Source: an uncultured cyanobacterium (GTDB lineage: Bacteria > Cyanobacteriota > Cyanobacteriia > Cyanobacteriales > Nostocaceae). From it: 64,000 bases of DNA. The stretch is taken from the NCBI GenBank assembly GCA_963706595.1, contig OY970166.1, forward strand, positions 4,736,001 through 4,800,000, read 5' to 3'. The notes under the pieces are model-generated. The model saw only the letters and a program-made list of their open reading frames with translations, had not been told where the DNA came from and searched no databases. Below, piece after piece: positions 9,995-21,594 of the stretch (its first letter is position 1; the number at the start of each line of letters is the position of its first letter). Position numbers and translations under genes: made by a program.

Positions 9995-12641
9995 GTGAAG
10001 AATCACAATAGATACCATAAGAAAATCAAAAAAGCTGGATTCTTCATTGTCACTTTTAAACTTTTAATTTTTCAGAGCTTGGGGATTTTACCAGCAACGG
10101 CGACTACTGAGGAACCTGTCTTAAGTGTGGTATATAGTCAAGAAAATCAGCAGCAATGGGCAGAAATTACCCAGCGTTTGCAAGCCATAAATGTGAAATA
10201 TTGCGTTATTCCCATAGCTAATGTCAGGAGTGCCGCAGATTGGGGCGATCGCAAGGTGTTATTTTTACCTAATGTTGAGAGATTAACACCAGTTCAAGCG
10301 ATCGCTCTCCAAGAATGGATGAGCCGGGGCGGAAACCTGATTGCTAGCGGTCCTATAGGTAGTCTGTCAGATCCAGGAGTCCGTCAGTTAATGCGATCGC
10401 TCCTGGGAGGTTATTGGGGTTTCAGTCAAAATCAGACGCAACAGATACAACCCTCAAAAACTCAGAATTATCAATGGGAAAACCAAAACGGACTTTTCGG
10501 TAAAGTACATGGCGGGGTTTTAATTCCTAACAATGTTACCAGTCACGCTGCTGCTGTCTGGAATTCCCCAGATAATCCGGCCGCAGTCGTCACAACAGAG
10601 CGTTCTACCTTCTTAGGTTGGCGTTGGGGAACAAATACAGCCTCAGTCGCAGATTTAGATAACAGCTGGTTAAAAGCTGCCCTAACTCGCCATAGATCAA
10701 AGTCATCACAACGCCAGAACAAAATACCCGGAGGTTCCCCAACCTGCTCAACATCACTAACCGCCGCTATCTCATCCCCCCCCACTCCCCACTCCCCACT
10801 CCCCACTCCCCCTTCCCCCGACGAACTCGATCAACTACAACAAGCAGTACACTGGGATATTTCACCCAACTCCAATGCACCGATTAATCAAAATCAAGCG
10901 ATCGCCCTTCAACAAGAATTAAAAAACCTGATTGGTCGGGTAGAAAGCGCTCATCTAGCCGCATCAGCATATAGTAGCCTGGGTGAAGCCATGACTAACA
11001 ACCCATCTCTCAAGGGACAAACATCTCATAGAGCCAGAATTGGCAGTCTCAGCAAAGAACAAGATCTATCACAGGCTAGGGTATTTGTCAATAAAATACC
11101 TCAATTAATTGCCCAAAAAAAATACGCCTTAGCTCGCCAACAATGGCTAGCAACCAAAGCAAATTTATGGAAACAGTTTCCTCTCAATAGCAGACTAGCT
11201 CAAGCCGAAATTCGGGCTGTATGGTTAGACAGAGGCACAATTGTTCAGGCTGGTAGCGAAAAAGAACTAGCCAAAATCTTTGACAGGTTAGCAAAGTCGG
11301 GAATTAACACCGTCTTTTTTGAAACTGTCAACGCTGGTTATACTATTTATCCCAGCCAAGTTGCACCCCAACCCAACCCATTAATTCGTGGTTGGAGACC
11401 CCTTGGCGGCTGGAGTGAAATTAGCCCACCAACGGGGAATGGAGTTACACGCTTGGGTTTGGGTTTTTGCGGCTGGTAATCAGATGCACAATCAGCTAAT
11501 TAATGCCCATCCTAATTATCCTGGACCAGTTTTAGCAGCCAATCCTGATTGGGCAAACTATGATCATCAAGGTAAAACAATTCCGGCTCGACAAACCAAG
11601 CCATTTTACGACCCAGCTAATCCCGAATTGCGGCAATATTTACTCAAACTGTATGAAGAAATTGTCACCCGCTATCAAGTAGATGGTGTACAACTAGATT
11701 ACATTCGCTATCCCTTCCAAGACCCTGATGCTGGACGCAGTTATGGTTATGGTAAAGCTGCTAGAGCGCAGTTTCAGCAACTGCATGGCGTAGATCCAGT
11801 CAATATTTCTCCTAGTCAACGGGACTTGTGGCAAAAGTGGACAGCATTTCGGACCGAACAAGTTGACAGCTTTGTTACCCAAGTCACACAGCAACTACGA
11901 AAAAAGCGTCCAGATTTGATTTTTTCTGTAGCTGTCTTTCCTCTCCCGGAAAAAGAACGCATTCAAAAACTTCAACAAAATTGGGAAGTTTGGGCAAAGC
12001 GAGGAGATATAGATTTAATTGTGCCAATGACTTATGCTCAAGACACTTCTCGGTTCCAACGATTAGCCCAACCCTGGATAACTTCCAGAAAATTAGGTTC
12101 TACCTTATTGTTGCCAGGTATTCGCTTACTTTCTTTGCCCAATGTGGGAGCATTTGACCAACTGCAATTGATTAGAGATTTACCAATCAGTGGTTATGCA
12201 CTATTTGCGGCTGAGAATTTTAATGATCAGTTAGAACAAATTTTTCATCATACCCAAGGACAGGTTTCATCCAGAACTAATGAACCTATTCCTCACCGCC
12301 AGCCTTTTAAAGCTGCTGCTGTCCGTTACACGGCGTTACAAAGTGAATGGCAATTAGTTCTGCAAAATGACCAATTACAAATGTCTGCTGCCACAATTGC
12401 TGATTTTAATCAGCAGGTAAAAGTTGTCCAAGGTGCTTTAAATCAATTAGCAATTTCACCTTCTACTGGTAATTTAATAGCTGCAAGAGCAACATTGACT
12501 CGATTTCAGTCTCAGTTTCAGATATGGATGCGCCAACCAGCTACAGATCATCCCTATCAAGTCAAAGCCTGGGAAAATCGCCTTGCAACTATAGAAAAGT
12601 TATTGCGTTATGGCGAAAGGCGATCGCCAGGAACGCGATAA
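9995..12641 (+). CDS. GHL10 (DUF187) glycoside hydrolase; split by a +1 insertion near 11396
   Basis: EIRAVWLDR ... ELHAWVW ... DGVQLDYIRYP; removing one base restores RGWDPLA and joins ORFs 9995-11479 and 11388-12641. Confidence 0.85.
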
Positions 12642-12818
12642 ATTAACAAGGGTAGAACTAAATTGCCCTGTCTTACCCAGTATCTAAGCTTTAGTGTAAA
12701 TTTACATAACTTTTAATTTAAATATTATTGTTTATTTTGCACCAAAATATTAGAAGATTCTGAGATCAATAATTTGCTTTAATTAACTATTTATTGATGA
12801 TAGCTATCATAATTCTCT

Positions 12819-15800
12819 ATGCAAGCTTTACCTCACTTTACCTGCCTACAGTGCTTCAAGTCAATAATTGACTTGAATCCAGTAACGGTAGATCCAGAAA
12901 CTTTAGTGTTAGACGCAGTATTGCTGATGGCAAATCATGCCGTTAGTCTCTTGGTTGTGTCAGTATCACAGGTAGTAGGATGGTTTACGCACAAAGATGT
13001 GGTGCAGCTTTTAGCTGACGGGGTTAACTTGAAAACAACCACCATTTCTGAAGTTATGCAATCTGTGACAATTACCCTAAAACTTGCAGAATTTCAAAGT
13101 ACAGCAACTGTAATTACACTGTTGCAGCAGCATCAATTGGATATTTTGCCAGTTATAGATGATCATAATCAACTTGTGGGGACTGTAACTCCTACAAGTA
13201 TTTGTCAAGCCCTAGCAAAAGCAGAGGAAGAAACTCAAGGCGAATATTCACAAACTCCAGCCGAAAAATTGCGTTTGCTAGAATCTGCAACGCTAAATGC
13301 TAATGACACTATTCCTGTAAATCATCAAAAAGGAGAACTTTACGGTTTTGTTGGAATTGCTGAAGATATTACCGAACTCAAACAAGCACAAGCAGCCCTA
13401 ACCCAGGTGAACCAAGAGCTAGAAATGCGTGTGGCCCAAAGAACTATCACTTTAACTCAACTGAATCAGCAGCTAGTCTCTGAAATTACCGAACGCCATG
13501 AAAGCGAAGAACGGTTTCGCTTTTTGGCAGAATCCATCCCGCAACAAGTATGGATTGCAAATGCTAACGGTGAGCTGGAGTATGTTAATCAACGCGCTGT
13601 TGATTACTTTGTTTGTAGTTCAGAACAACTTATAGGGGTAGGATGGCAGCAATGGATACATCCTGATGATTTGCCAAATACTCTGTCTGGCTGGCAAGAA
13701 TCTCTCAGGATGGGTACACCGCACGAAATTGAATTTCGTTGTCTGAGAGGAAGTGATCAAACCTATCGCTGGCATCTGATCCGAGCTTTGCCTATGCGTA
13801 ATGAACAAGGTAAAATTGTCAATTGGTTCGGTACTAATACGGATATTGACGATCGCGTATCCACAGAAATTACTCTGCGACAAACACAACAACAGCTACA
13901 GGCAATTTTAGATAACTCTCCGGCAGTGATTTACCTGATCGATCTTCATGGTAAAAACCTGCTGGTCAACCGCAAGTATGAACAGCTATTAAACCTCACT
14001 AAAGAGCAAATTGTCGGCAAAAGTATACACGAACTTTGGCCTGATGATATTGCATACGAGTTTGCCACAAACAATCGTCAAGTAATTGCAGATGGTGTGT
14101 CCATAGAAACAGAAGAAATTATTCCTCAAAAGGATGGTTTACACACCTACTTGTCGGTCAAGTTTCCTTTAAAAGATGCTAATGGCGTTGCTTATGCTGT
14201 TGGTGGTATTTCTACTGACATTACACAACGCAAGTTAGCTGAAGAATCACTACTACGTTTTCGCAAAGCCTTAGAAAGCATTAGTGATGCTGTAATTATT
14301 GGAGATATCACAGGTGCAACAATCCACGTTAACCCAGCATTTATCGAACAGTATGAGTATACATTGGAGGAATTACAGGCGGCTGGGGGATGTACAGTAA
14401 TTTACGAGCATCCAGCAGTTTATGAAAAAATTCGCGCGACTGTTGAGATTAATCAGTCTTGGCGTGGTGAAGTAAAGTTTCGAGCCTGTAGTGGTCGCCT
14501 GGTACAAGTTTACTTGCGTTCTGATGCCATTAAAGATGCCACAGGTAAATTTGTCGGTACAATCTGCATTCATACGGATATTACTGAACGCAAGCGAACA
14601 GAAGAAGGTTTAAGATTACGTAATCGAGCCATGGCTGCCAGTAGTAATGGCATTATTATTGCTGATGCCAGTCTTCCCAACAGCCCGATTATCTATGTTA
14701 ATACTGCCTTTGAGCGCATAACTGGGTACTGTGCAGCAGAGGTGATTGGCAGAAACTTTTGTTCGTTCCAAAGTGCTGATATTAATCAATCTGGCTTAGA
14801 AGCACTCTCTGCTGCCATGGAAGCCGGAACAAACTGTACTGTCACTTTAAGCAACTACCATAAAGATGGCAGGCTATTATGGAATGAGTTGAGTATTTCT
14901 CCAGTCTATGATGCTGCTGACAAACTCACCCACTACATCACCATTCAAACAAATATCACTGAGCGTAAGCAGGCAGAAACAGCCCTACTAGTGAGCCAAC
15001 AACGGCTACAATATCTACTCTCCTCCAGTCCTGCTGTCATCTATACCGCTATGACTACTGGTGATTTAGGTAGTACCTTCGTCAGTGATAATGTCACTGC
15101 CATGACAGGATATGAAGCCGGGGAAATTGTCGAAAATTCTCACTTTTGGACTGCTCATATCCACCCAGAAGACTTGCCTTATGTCTTGACTGAGGTTTCC
15201 CAGACACTGAAGAAAGAACATTACGCTCTTGAATATCGCTTTTTACATCAAGACGGGACTTATCGTTGGCTATATGACAAAGGCAAGCTAGTGCGCGATG
15301 AAACTGGAAATCCATTAGAATTTGTCGGTTATTTGGCAGATATTACAGAGCATAAGCAATTAGAAGCAGAACTGAAAGTAGCACTAGAGACTGAAAAAGA
15401 ACTTCACGAACTCAAATCCCGTTTTGTTTCCATGACTTCTCATGAATTCCGCACGCCGTTGAGTACCATTCTTTCTTCGTCGGAATTACTAGAACATTAC
15501 CGCCACAAATGGACAGAAGAAAAACAACTTACTCACTTGCATCGCATTCAAGCTGCTGTTAAGCGGATGACAGAAATGTTAAATGATGTGTTGGTTATTG
15601 GCAAGGCGGAAGCGGGAAAACTAGAGTATAGACCAACGTGCTTCGATTTGGTCGAATACTGCCGTTATTTGTTGTCAGAGGCACAAGTGAATCAAAACAA
15701 TATGTGCGTAGTTTATTTTACTAGTTTACATAAATCTATTCCATGCTGCATGGATAAAAATTTACTAGGACATATTCTAAATAATTTACTTTCAAATGCT

Positions 15801-16112
15801 ATCAAATATTCACCAACTGAAAGCACAATCCAGTTTACTCTGGCTTGTCAAGATCAGCAGGCAATATTTAAAATTCAGGACCAAGGAATTGGCATTCCCG
15901 AAGAAGACCTTCCACGCTTGTTTGAATCTTTTCATCGCGCCAGGAATGTTGGCAATATTTTAGGAACTGGACTAGGATTGGCGATTGTCAAAGATTGTGT
16001 AGATTTACACCAGGGTAAAATCTCTGTCATCAGTAATCTGGGCATTGGTACGGTATTTACTGTTACATTACCATTAAATAACCTGATGGAGGTTGAGGTG
16101 ACAAATGACTAA
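12819..16112 (+). CDS. CBS and multi-PAS/PAC sensor histidine kinase
   Basis: CBS pair, about five PAS domains, H-box SHEFRTPL, NLLSNAIKYS, DQGIGI, GTGLGL. Confidence 0.93.
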   Translation: MQALPHFTCLQCFKSIIDLNPVTVDPETLVLDAVLLMANHAVSLLVVSVSQVVGWFTHKDVVQLLADGVNLKTTTISEVMQSVTITLKLAEFQSTATVITLLQQHQLDILPVIDDHNQLVGTVTPTSICQALAKAEEETQGEYSQTPAEKLRLLESATLNANDTIPVNHQKGELYGFVGIAEDITELKQAQAALTQVNQELEMRVAQRTITLTQLNQQLVSEITERHESEERFRFLAESIPQQVWIANANGELEYVNQRAVDYFVCSSEQLIGVGWQQWIHPDDLPNTLSGWQESLRMGTPHEIEFRCLRGSDQTYRWHLIRALPMRNEQGKIVNWFGTNTDIDDRVSTEITLRQTQQQLQAILDNSPAVIYLIDLHGKNLLVNRKYEQLLNLTKEQIVGKSIHELWPDDIAYEFATNNRQVIADGVSIETEEIIPQKDGLHTYLSVKFPLKDANGVAYAVGGISTDITQRKLAEESLLRFRKALESISDAVIIGDITGATIHVNPAFIEQYEYTLEELQAAGGCTVIYEHPAVYEKIRATVEINQSWRGEVKFRACSGRLVQVYLRSDAIKDATGKFVGTICIHTDITERKRTEEGLRLRNRAMAASSNGIIIADASLPNSPIIYVNTAFERITGYCAAEVIGRNFCSFQSADINQSGLEALSAAMEAGTNCTVTLSNYHKDGRLLWNELSISPVYDAADKLTHYITIQTNITERKQAETALLVSQQRLQYLLSSSPAVIYTAMTTGDLGSTFVSDNVTAMTGYEAGEIVENSHFWTAHIHPEDLPYVLTEVSQTLKKEHYALEYRFLHQDGTYRWLYDKGKLVRDETGNPLEFVGYLADITEHKQLEAELKVALETEKELHELKSRFVSMTSHEFRTPLSTILSSSELLEHYRHKWTEEKQLTHLHRIQAAVKRMTEMLNDVLVIGKAEAGKLEYRPTCFDLVEYCRYLLSEAQVNQNNMCVVYFTSLHKSIPCCMDKNLLGHILNNLLSNAIKYSPTESTIQFTLACQDQQAIFKIQDQGIGIPEEDLPRLFESFHRARNVGNILGTGLGLAIVKDCVDLHQGKISVISNLGIGTVFTVTLPLNNLMEVEVTND

Positions 16113-17322
16113 AATTTTAGTGATTGAAGATGAAGAATCAGTTCGTGAAAACTTATTAGATTTGCTAGAATCTGAGAATTTTGAAACTATTACAGCTGCT
16201 AATGGCGCAATGGGCATAAATTTGGCTGTATCTGTCATGCCTGATTTAATTTTGTGCGACATGATGATGCCGGAAATTGATGGTTATGGAGTGCTAAAAG
16301 TATTGCGTCAAGAACCTTTAACTGCAACTATTCCGTTTATTTTTTTGACGGCTAAATCTGCTAAAGCTGATTTTCGTCAAGGTATGGATATGGGTGCAGA
16401 TGATTATTTAACTAAGCCATTTACTCGCGCTGAACTTTTAGGTGCAATTATAAATCGCTTAGAAAGACAAGCTACTTTAAAAAAGTATTTATCTGTATCC
16501 CATCAAACTGCAATTAAAACATTATCCCCGAAAATGCAATTGCTGGAAATGAATTTACACCGAGTTATCCACCAGAAAAAATTTGAAGAATTGGAAATTT
16601 ATTATCAACCCATCATTAATATCGCTTCCGGAAAAATAATTGCTGCCGAAAGTTTATTGCGTTGGCATAGTCCGGAATTGGGTTCTGTTTCTCCATCAGA
16701 ATTTATTCCGGTGGCAGAGTCTACAGGTTTAATTATTTCTCTGGGGCAATGGGTATTACAAAATGTATGTAAGCAAATTAAAATCTGGCAAGATATTGGG
16801 TGTATTTCTTTAAGAATTGCGGTAAATATTTCAGTAATTGAATTTAATCATCCAGATTTTATTAGAAAATTAATTGAGCTTCTGAAGATAAATAATTTAG
16901 AACCAAAATGTTTAGAGTTAGAACTGACTGAAAGTATGATTATGCAAAATGCCAACGTGGCGATCGCTACGATGAATGAATTACAAAATTTGGGGGTGAG
17001 AATTGCTATTGATGATTTTGGTACGGGATATTCTTCTTTAATTTATCTAAAAAACTTACCAATTAGTACGTTAAAAATTGACCGTTATTTTATTCATAAT
17101 GTTGGTCATGACTCCCAAAAATCTGCTATTACCAAGGCATTAATAGAAATGGCTCACAATCTCAATATCCAAGTAATTGCCGAAGGTGTAGAAACAGAGT
17201 CTGAACTATCTTTTTTACGGCAAAATAACTGTGATGCCATACAAGGTTTTTTATTCAGCCGTCCATTACCAGCCGCCGAATTGGAGAATTTCCTGTGGAA
17301 CAATAGCAGCTTATCTGTATAA
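16105..17322 (+). CDS. REC-EAL response regulator (putative c-di-GMP phosphodiesterase)
   Basis: REC (ILVIEDE, CDMMMP, KPF) plus EAL domain (AESLLRW, ELTES, DDFGTGYSS, IAEGVE); overlaps kinase stop. Confidence 0.92.
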   Translation: MTKILVIEDEESVRENLLDLLESENFETITAANGAMGINLAVSVMPDLILCDMMMPEIDGYGVLKVLRQEPLTATIPFIFLTAKSAKADFRQGMDMGADDYLTKPFTRAELLGAIINRLERQATLKKYLSVSHQTAIKTLSPKMQLLEMNLHRVIHQKKFEELEIYYQPIINIASGKIIAAESLLRWHSPELGSVSPSEFIPVAESTGLIISLGQWVLQNVCKQIKIWQDIGCISLRIAVNISVIEFNHPDFIRKLIELLKINNLEPKCLELELTESMIMQNANVAIATMNELQNLGVRIAIDDFGTGYSSLIYLKNLPISTLKIDRYFIHNVGHDSQKSAITKALIEMAHNLNIQVIAEGVETESELSFLRQNNCDAIQGFLFSRPLPAAELENFLWNNSSLSV

Positions 17323-17433
17323 CTAAATTCACTAAAAATAAATTTTTAGATGGCTTATTTTCACCCTAACTTCATCTGATTTAAGCTAAATTACTAATGG
17401 ATCGTGATAGTCATCTGGTTGAGAAATTTATTT

Positions 17434-17847
17434 ATGTCTCCAATTGAGAATGATAATCAGTTAAATATGAATGAATCTTCTTCCCATTCGGGTGAGAGAT
17501 ACTGGGGTACGGTGGATGTCATAGAAGAAGGGGAAAGCTATAGAATTAGTCGTGTTGAAATTAAGCCTAGACACGGCATTAAACCACAAATTCATTATCA
17601 CCGTAATGAACATTGGGTTGTAGTCTCCGGTGTAGCTAAGGTAACTTGTGGAGACGAAGAAAAATTGCTGAATCGAAATGAATCAACTTTTGTTCCCGCA
17701 GCGACGCTGCATAAGGTAGACAACCCAGGACAAATTCCACTGGTGATTTTAGAAATTCAAAATGGTGAATATTTGGGTGAGGATGACATTGAACGACCCT
17801 ATGAACTGAATGTAGTTAAGGCTACGACTGAAAATAAACAAGTTTAA
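17434..17847 (+). CDS. Mannose-6-phosphate isomerase type II C-terminal cupin protein
   Basis: RYWG, QIHYHRNEHWVVVSG, EIQNGEYLGEDDIER. Confidence 0.88.
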   Translation: MSPIENDNQLNMNESSSHSGERYWGTVDVIEEGESYRISRVEIKPRHGIKPQIHYHRNEHWVVVSGVAKVTCGDEEKLLNRNESTFVPAATLHKVDNPGQIPLVILEIQNGEYLGEDDIERPYELNVVKATTENKQV

Positions 17848-17900
17848 ATCAATCAACAGTTAAGTAGTTGACATAATTAAACATAAAACCTTGACGATAT

Positions 17901-17933
17901 AGATCCCCGACTTCTCAAAGAAGTCGGGGATCT
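17901..17933. terminator. Palindromic repeat / probable bidirectional terminator
   Basis: AGATCCCCGACTTC-TCAAA-GAAGTCGGGGATCT between convergent genes; second copy at 55346-55374. Confidence 0.6.
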
Positions 17934-18025
17934 GGGTATTAGATATTCCTATCTGAGACAAAATTTTCTGTCATCTGTAACAGTGTAGGAACTAAAATTT
18001 ATTGTAATTACGAATTACAAATTAT

Positions 18026-18784
18026 CTAAAACCATCCCTCTTGTTCTAGGGTTTCAATCAACTGTAAACCACGAGGATCACCCACTCCTAAAAGTGAGGC
18101 TTTAGCGTCTTCGCGGACTCCTAAATCTTGGTCTTCGGCAAAGGCTTGAATCAGCGCATCGATGGCTGTGGCATAAACTATGTTAGATGGCAATTCTCGG
18201 CACAATTGCCCAATTGTCCAAGCACAGTTACTCCGTACGGCTGCGACGGGATCTTGAACTAAAGCTTCAATTAGGGCGGGGATGGCTCCCACAACGGCTT
18301 CATAACCTACGTCTGCCATCTGCGCTAAGGCACTAGCCGACCATAAGCGGACTGCGGAAATATCAGTTCTTAAGGCATCTGCTAGGGGTGCTAAAGAACG
18401 GCGATCGCGGCAATTTCCTAATGCCCAAACTATACCTTTACGGACATAGCCATTCCAGTCCTTGTGAAGCTGAATAATTAAGGGTTCCACTGCTTCCGGA
18501 CTGGGATTGCGGCCAATGCCATAGGCTGCACTGACGCGCACCAAAGGACAGGTGTCAGTTAACAGGCGAATTAAATGGGGTATCGCCCGTTTATCTTCGA
18601 TGTCACAAAAAGCACGAGCCGCTAGCATTCGTTGCTGCGGTTGATGATTTTCCAAAAGTGCTAGCATCACTTCTGGATCGGGCTTTGGCACTTCAGATTC
18701 AGCAGTTAGCGGCGCTATTTTATCCAGGGGGCTTTCTAGTTCCACCTCGGCATCTAGTAAGCTTAGGTCTTCTTCGTCATACAT
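18026..18784 (-). CDS. HEAT repeat (PBS lyase-like) protein
   Basis: Repeated VRxxAAxALG / xLIxxLxD units. Confidence 0.88.
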   Translation of the reverse strand: MYDEEDLSLLDAEVELESPLDKIAPLTAESEVPKPDPEVMLALLENHQPQQRMLAARAFCDIEDKRAIPHLIRLLTDTCPLVRVSAAYGIGRNPSPEAVEPLIIQLHKDWNGYVRKGIVWALGNCRDRRSLAPLADALRTDISAVRLWSASALAQMADVGYEAVVGAIPALIEALVQDPVAAVRSNCAWTIGQLCRELPSNIVYATAIDALIQAFAEDQDLGVREDAKASLLGVGDPRGLQLIETLEQEGWF

Positions 18785-18971
18785 ATTTTATATAAATGCG
18801 CGAGTAGGATTTAATTTAACTCCCCGTGCTAATAAGTCAAACAATTTTAGATTTTGGATTTTGGATTTTAGATTGATTCCACAGATAAATATCGGGGTTT
18901 GTACCATTAAGAAACTATTGGTTAAAACTTGATAGATATATAAGTATAAAATATTGTACATCTATATCAGT

Positions 18972-19454
18972 TTATTTATAGTGGAGTGATTTGACCATCG
19001 ATAGGGATTCGGTTTGATAACCTAAGTGATTGTAAAGATTTAAGGCGGCTGAGTTAGATTGAAAAACTTGCAAACCGATTTGGCGATCGCCTCTGTGAAT
19101 TGCCCAATTTTCGACATACTGCATCAAAGCTGTACCCACACCCCGTCGCCGATGTTCTGGGACGACGTAGAGCAAAAAAATGTGAGCATGGCGATCGCCC
19201 TTTACTTGATCTATCGCATTTCCCACCCAAAGGCAAGCAATGGGAGGTTGGGGGGAATCTTTCTCACGCAAATACTCTACCCACCACAAGGGCGTGTCCG
19301 GGGATAAATATTGCTCAACGGTTCGAGCTAGATGGGCAAAATCTTGCTGAGGAAATAGATCCTGGTAAGTTTGCTGCATAAACTTTACTAGCAGCGATCG
19401 CTCTAGTGTGGAACCGCGACGAATATAATAACCGGGTAGCAGTTGCTCAGACAA
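18972..19454 (-). CDS. GNAT family N-acetyltransferase
   Basis: LYVVPEHRRRGVGTALM and NSAALNLYNHLGY motifs. Confidence 0.9.
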   Translation of the reverse strand: MSEQLLPGYYIRRGSTLERSLLVKFMQQTYQDLFPQQDFAHLARTVEQYLSPDTPLWWVEYLREKDSPQPPIACLWVGNAIDQVKGDRHAHIFLLYVVPEHRRRGVGTALMQYVENWAIHRGDRQIGLQVFQSNSAALNLYNHLGYQTESLSMVKSLHYK

Positions 19455-19469
19455 ACTCAGTTCCCATGA

Positions 19470-19670
19470 CTATAGTTCTAGGGAAAGCACAGCCAAAGAC
19501 ACCAATGTAGTCTCCTGGTTTCCCCATTGCCCGATCTCTCTATTTTCTTCAATGGGTGCGGGTGCGGCCATATCAGAGGGTAAAAAGATGCGGGCGCTGA
19601 CTGCCACAAGGGCTAAGGAAAATATCAACACTGCCACCAATGGGGCAATGTATTGACGAATTATACTCAT
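19470..19670 (-). CDS. Small membrane protein, hypothetical
   Basis: ATG ORF with one TM helix followed by FLPSDMAAPAP; in line with the neighbouring genes. Confidence 0.7.
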   Translation of the reverse strand: MSIIRQYIAPLVAVLIFSLALVAVSARIFLPSDMAAPAPIEENREIGQWGNQETTLVSLAVLSLEL

Positions 19671-19762
19671 AGTTTAATTGAAATCGGCTAGGATCTGGTT
19701 TAAGAATCTAGCTAAAGATTTGTGAAGTTTTCTTGATTTATTTTAGCGACTTTTGAGCCTGA

Positions 19763-20176
19763 TTAACGTTGATCCCGTTCCAAGTCATCAATTACTCTCT
19801 CGCAATACCAAGTTTCTGGCATTTCCGGATAGTTGAGCTTGGCCTGCTCAATCAATCGCTCGGCTGCGGCCACATCACCTCCTAACTTGGCAATGAGTTT
19901 ATTTTTGAGATGGCTATCAGCTATTTGCTCAGTGATTAGTGTCTCTGCTGGCGCTGGTCTTTCTTTTGGTACTACTTGTGTTTGTTCTCGACGTAGCTGC
20001 CAAAATAAAACGTAATAAAGTGTACCAAAAATTAAAATTAGGCTGAATGTGCCAAACAGAGTTAAGAGGTTAAACGCTAGGAATCCCAAAACTAACTGTG
20101 AGAGAACATAGCCGAGTAACAAGCCAGTAATTAAGAGAATAAATGTACCGACAATAATAACTACTTGGTTCCCCAT
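19763..20176 (-). CDS. Hypothetical membrane protein
   Basis: Two TM helices; C-terminal GDxxAAERL...WY..ERVI.DL.RD motif; overlaps ampG end. Confidence 0.75.
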   Translation of the reverse strand: MGNQVVIIVGTFILLITGLLLGYVLSQLVLGFLAFNLLTLFGTFSLILIFGTLYYVLFWQLRREQTQVVPKERPAPAETLITEQIADSHLKNKLIAKLGGDVAAAERLIEQAKLNYPEMPETWYCERVIDDLERDQR

Positions 20177-21453
20177 AAATCCTCGTCTTCTTCCTCTAGT
20201 CCTGGTCTGGATATTGCCACTGGTTTAGGGTTCCAAGGGGCAAAGAATGGTAACAGAAGTAGTCCTGGAATAGCAGCGACTATACTAATAATGAAAAATA
20301 ACGGCCAACCTGTGCTTTTTGCTAAAGTGCCAGCTGGCGCAACTAGAATATCACGACTTACAGCCATAAAACTGGATAATAAAGCATATTGTGTGGCAGA
20401 AAAGCGCTGGTTACACATATTCATCAAAAAGGCCACAAAGGCTGCTGTTCCCAAGCCACCACAAAAGTTTTCAATGTTGATTGTGAGTACTAGCGCCTGG
20501 TAGTTTTGACCTACATTGGCTAGAACATAATAAGCTAAATTACTCACGGCTTGCAAAGCCCCAAACAACCAAAGTGAGCGATTCAGACCAATTTTGCTCA
20601 AAATTACGCCCCCGGAGAGCGTACCAACAATTGTAGCAATTAGCCCCATACCACCTTGAATAGCCCCGATATCGGTTTGGGTGAATCCAGTTTGCAACAA
20701 AAAGGGTGTAGACATATTGTTGACAAAGGAATCGCCCAGTTTATAGAGGACGATGAACACCAGGACTAAAATGGCTTGGACTACACCCTGGCGCTGAAAA
20801 AATTCCCCAAAGGGTAAAATTACCGCCGCAGCTAAAGATTCTGGGGGACTGGTTTCTTGGGGTTCTGGGGCAAATAAGGTGGCAATAATTCCAATTCCCA
20901 TGCCTAAAGCCATCACTAGGTAAACTGATGACCAAGGTAAAATATCGGCGAGGATTAATGCTAAAGAACCTGTGAATAAAAGTGCTATGCGATAACCTAA
21001 GACAAAAACAGCAGCACCTGCTCCCAATTCTAATTCTTCGAGAACGTCGGTGCGGTAGGCATCAGCAGCAATGTCTTGACTGGCACTTAAAAAGGCGATC
21101 GCTACAGCATTGACCGCTAATAATTGTAGTGCTTGTTTGGGTTGTTGGAAAGCCATGAGGGCGATCGCAATCAATAACCCAATTTGCAGTGTAATTAGCC
21201 AACCGCGTCGCCTCCCCAATATTGGCACGGCAAACCTGTCTATTAAAGGCGACCAAATAAATTTCAACGAGTAGGGTATACCCACAAGGCTAAATAAGCC
21301 AATGGCGGTTAAATCTACCCCTTCCACAGTCATCCAAGCTTGTAGGGTTCTACTGGTTAAAAACAATGGTAAACCGGAAGAAAACCCGATCAATGTCAAA
21401 GCCGCCATTTTACGGCTACCGAAAACTGTCAGTAGCGATCGCACTGGTTTCAT
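20161..21453 (-). CDS. ampG: AmpG family muropeptide MFS permease
   Basis: GFSSGLPL, KFIWSPLIDR, GRRRGW, SASQDIAADAYR, SATQYALLSS. Confidence 0.93.
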   Translation of the reverse strand: MKPVRSLLTVFGSRKMAALTLIGFSSGLPLFLTSRTLQAWMTVEGVDLTAIGLFSLVGIPYSLKFIWSPLIDRFAVPILGRRRGWLITLQIGLLIAIALMAFQQPKQALQLLAVNAVAIAFLSASQDIAADAYRTDVLEELELGAGAAVFVLGYRIALLFTGSLALILADILPWSSVYLVMALGMGIGIIATLFAPEPQETSPPESLAAAVILPFGEFFQRQGVVQAILVLVFIVLYKLGDSFVNNMSTPFLLQTGFTQTDIGAIQGGMGLIATIVGTLSGGVILSKIGLNRSLWLFGALQAVSNLAYYVLANVGQNYQALVLTINIENFCGGLGTAAFVAFLMNMCNQRFSATQYALLSSFMAVSRDILVAPAGTLAKSTGWPLFFIISIVAAIPGLLLLPFFAPWNPKPVAISRPGLEEEDEDLWGTK

Positions 21454-21594
21454 CTTGTGCAGGTTCCTCTCAATCTTGTGAATTGCAGTTATATTGCCAT
21501 AGCTGCTGTGTCATTCTACGCAAACATGAGAATTTGCCCAGGTTTTCACCACTAAGATAATCATCAAAGATGCCGTCACAGCCTCAGTAATTCC

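Noticed and set aside
11380..11410. Programmed frameshifting in the split genes
   Set aside because: No slippery heptamer or homopolymer at the sites; the same extra-base pattern in unrelated genes points to sequencing error
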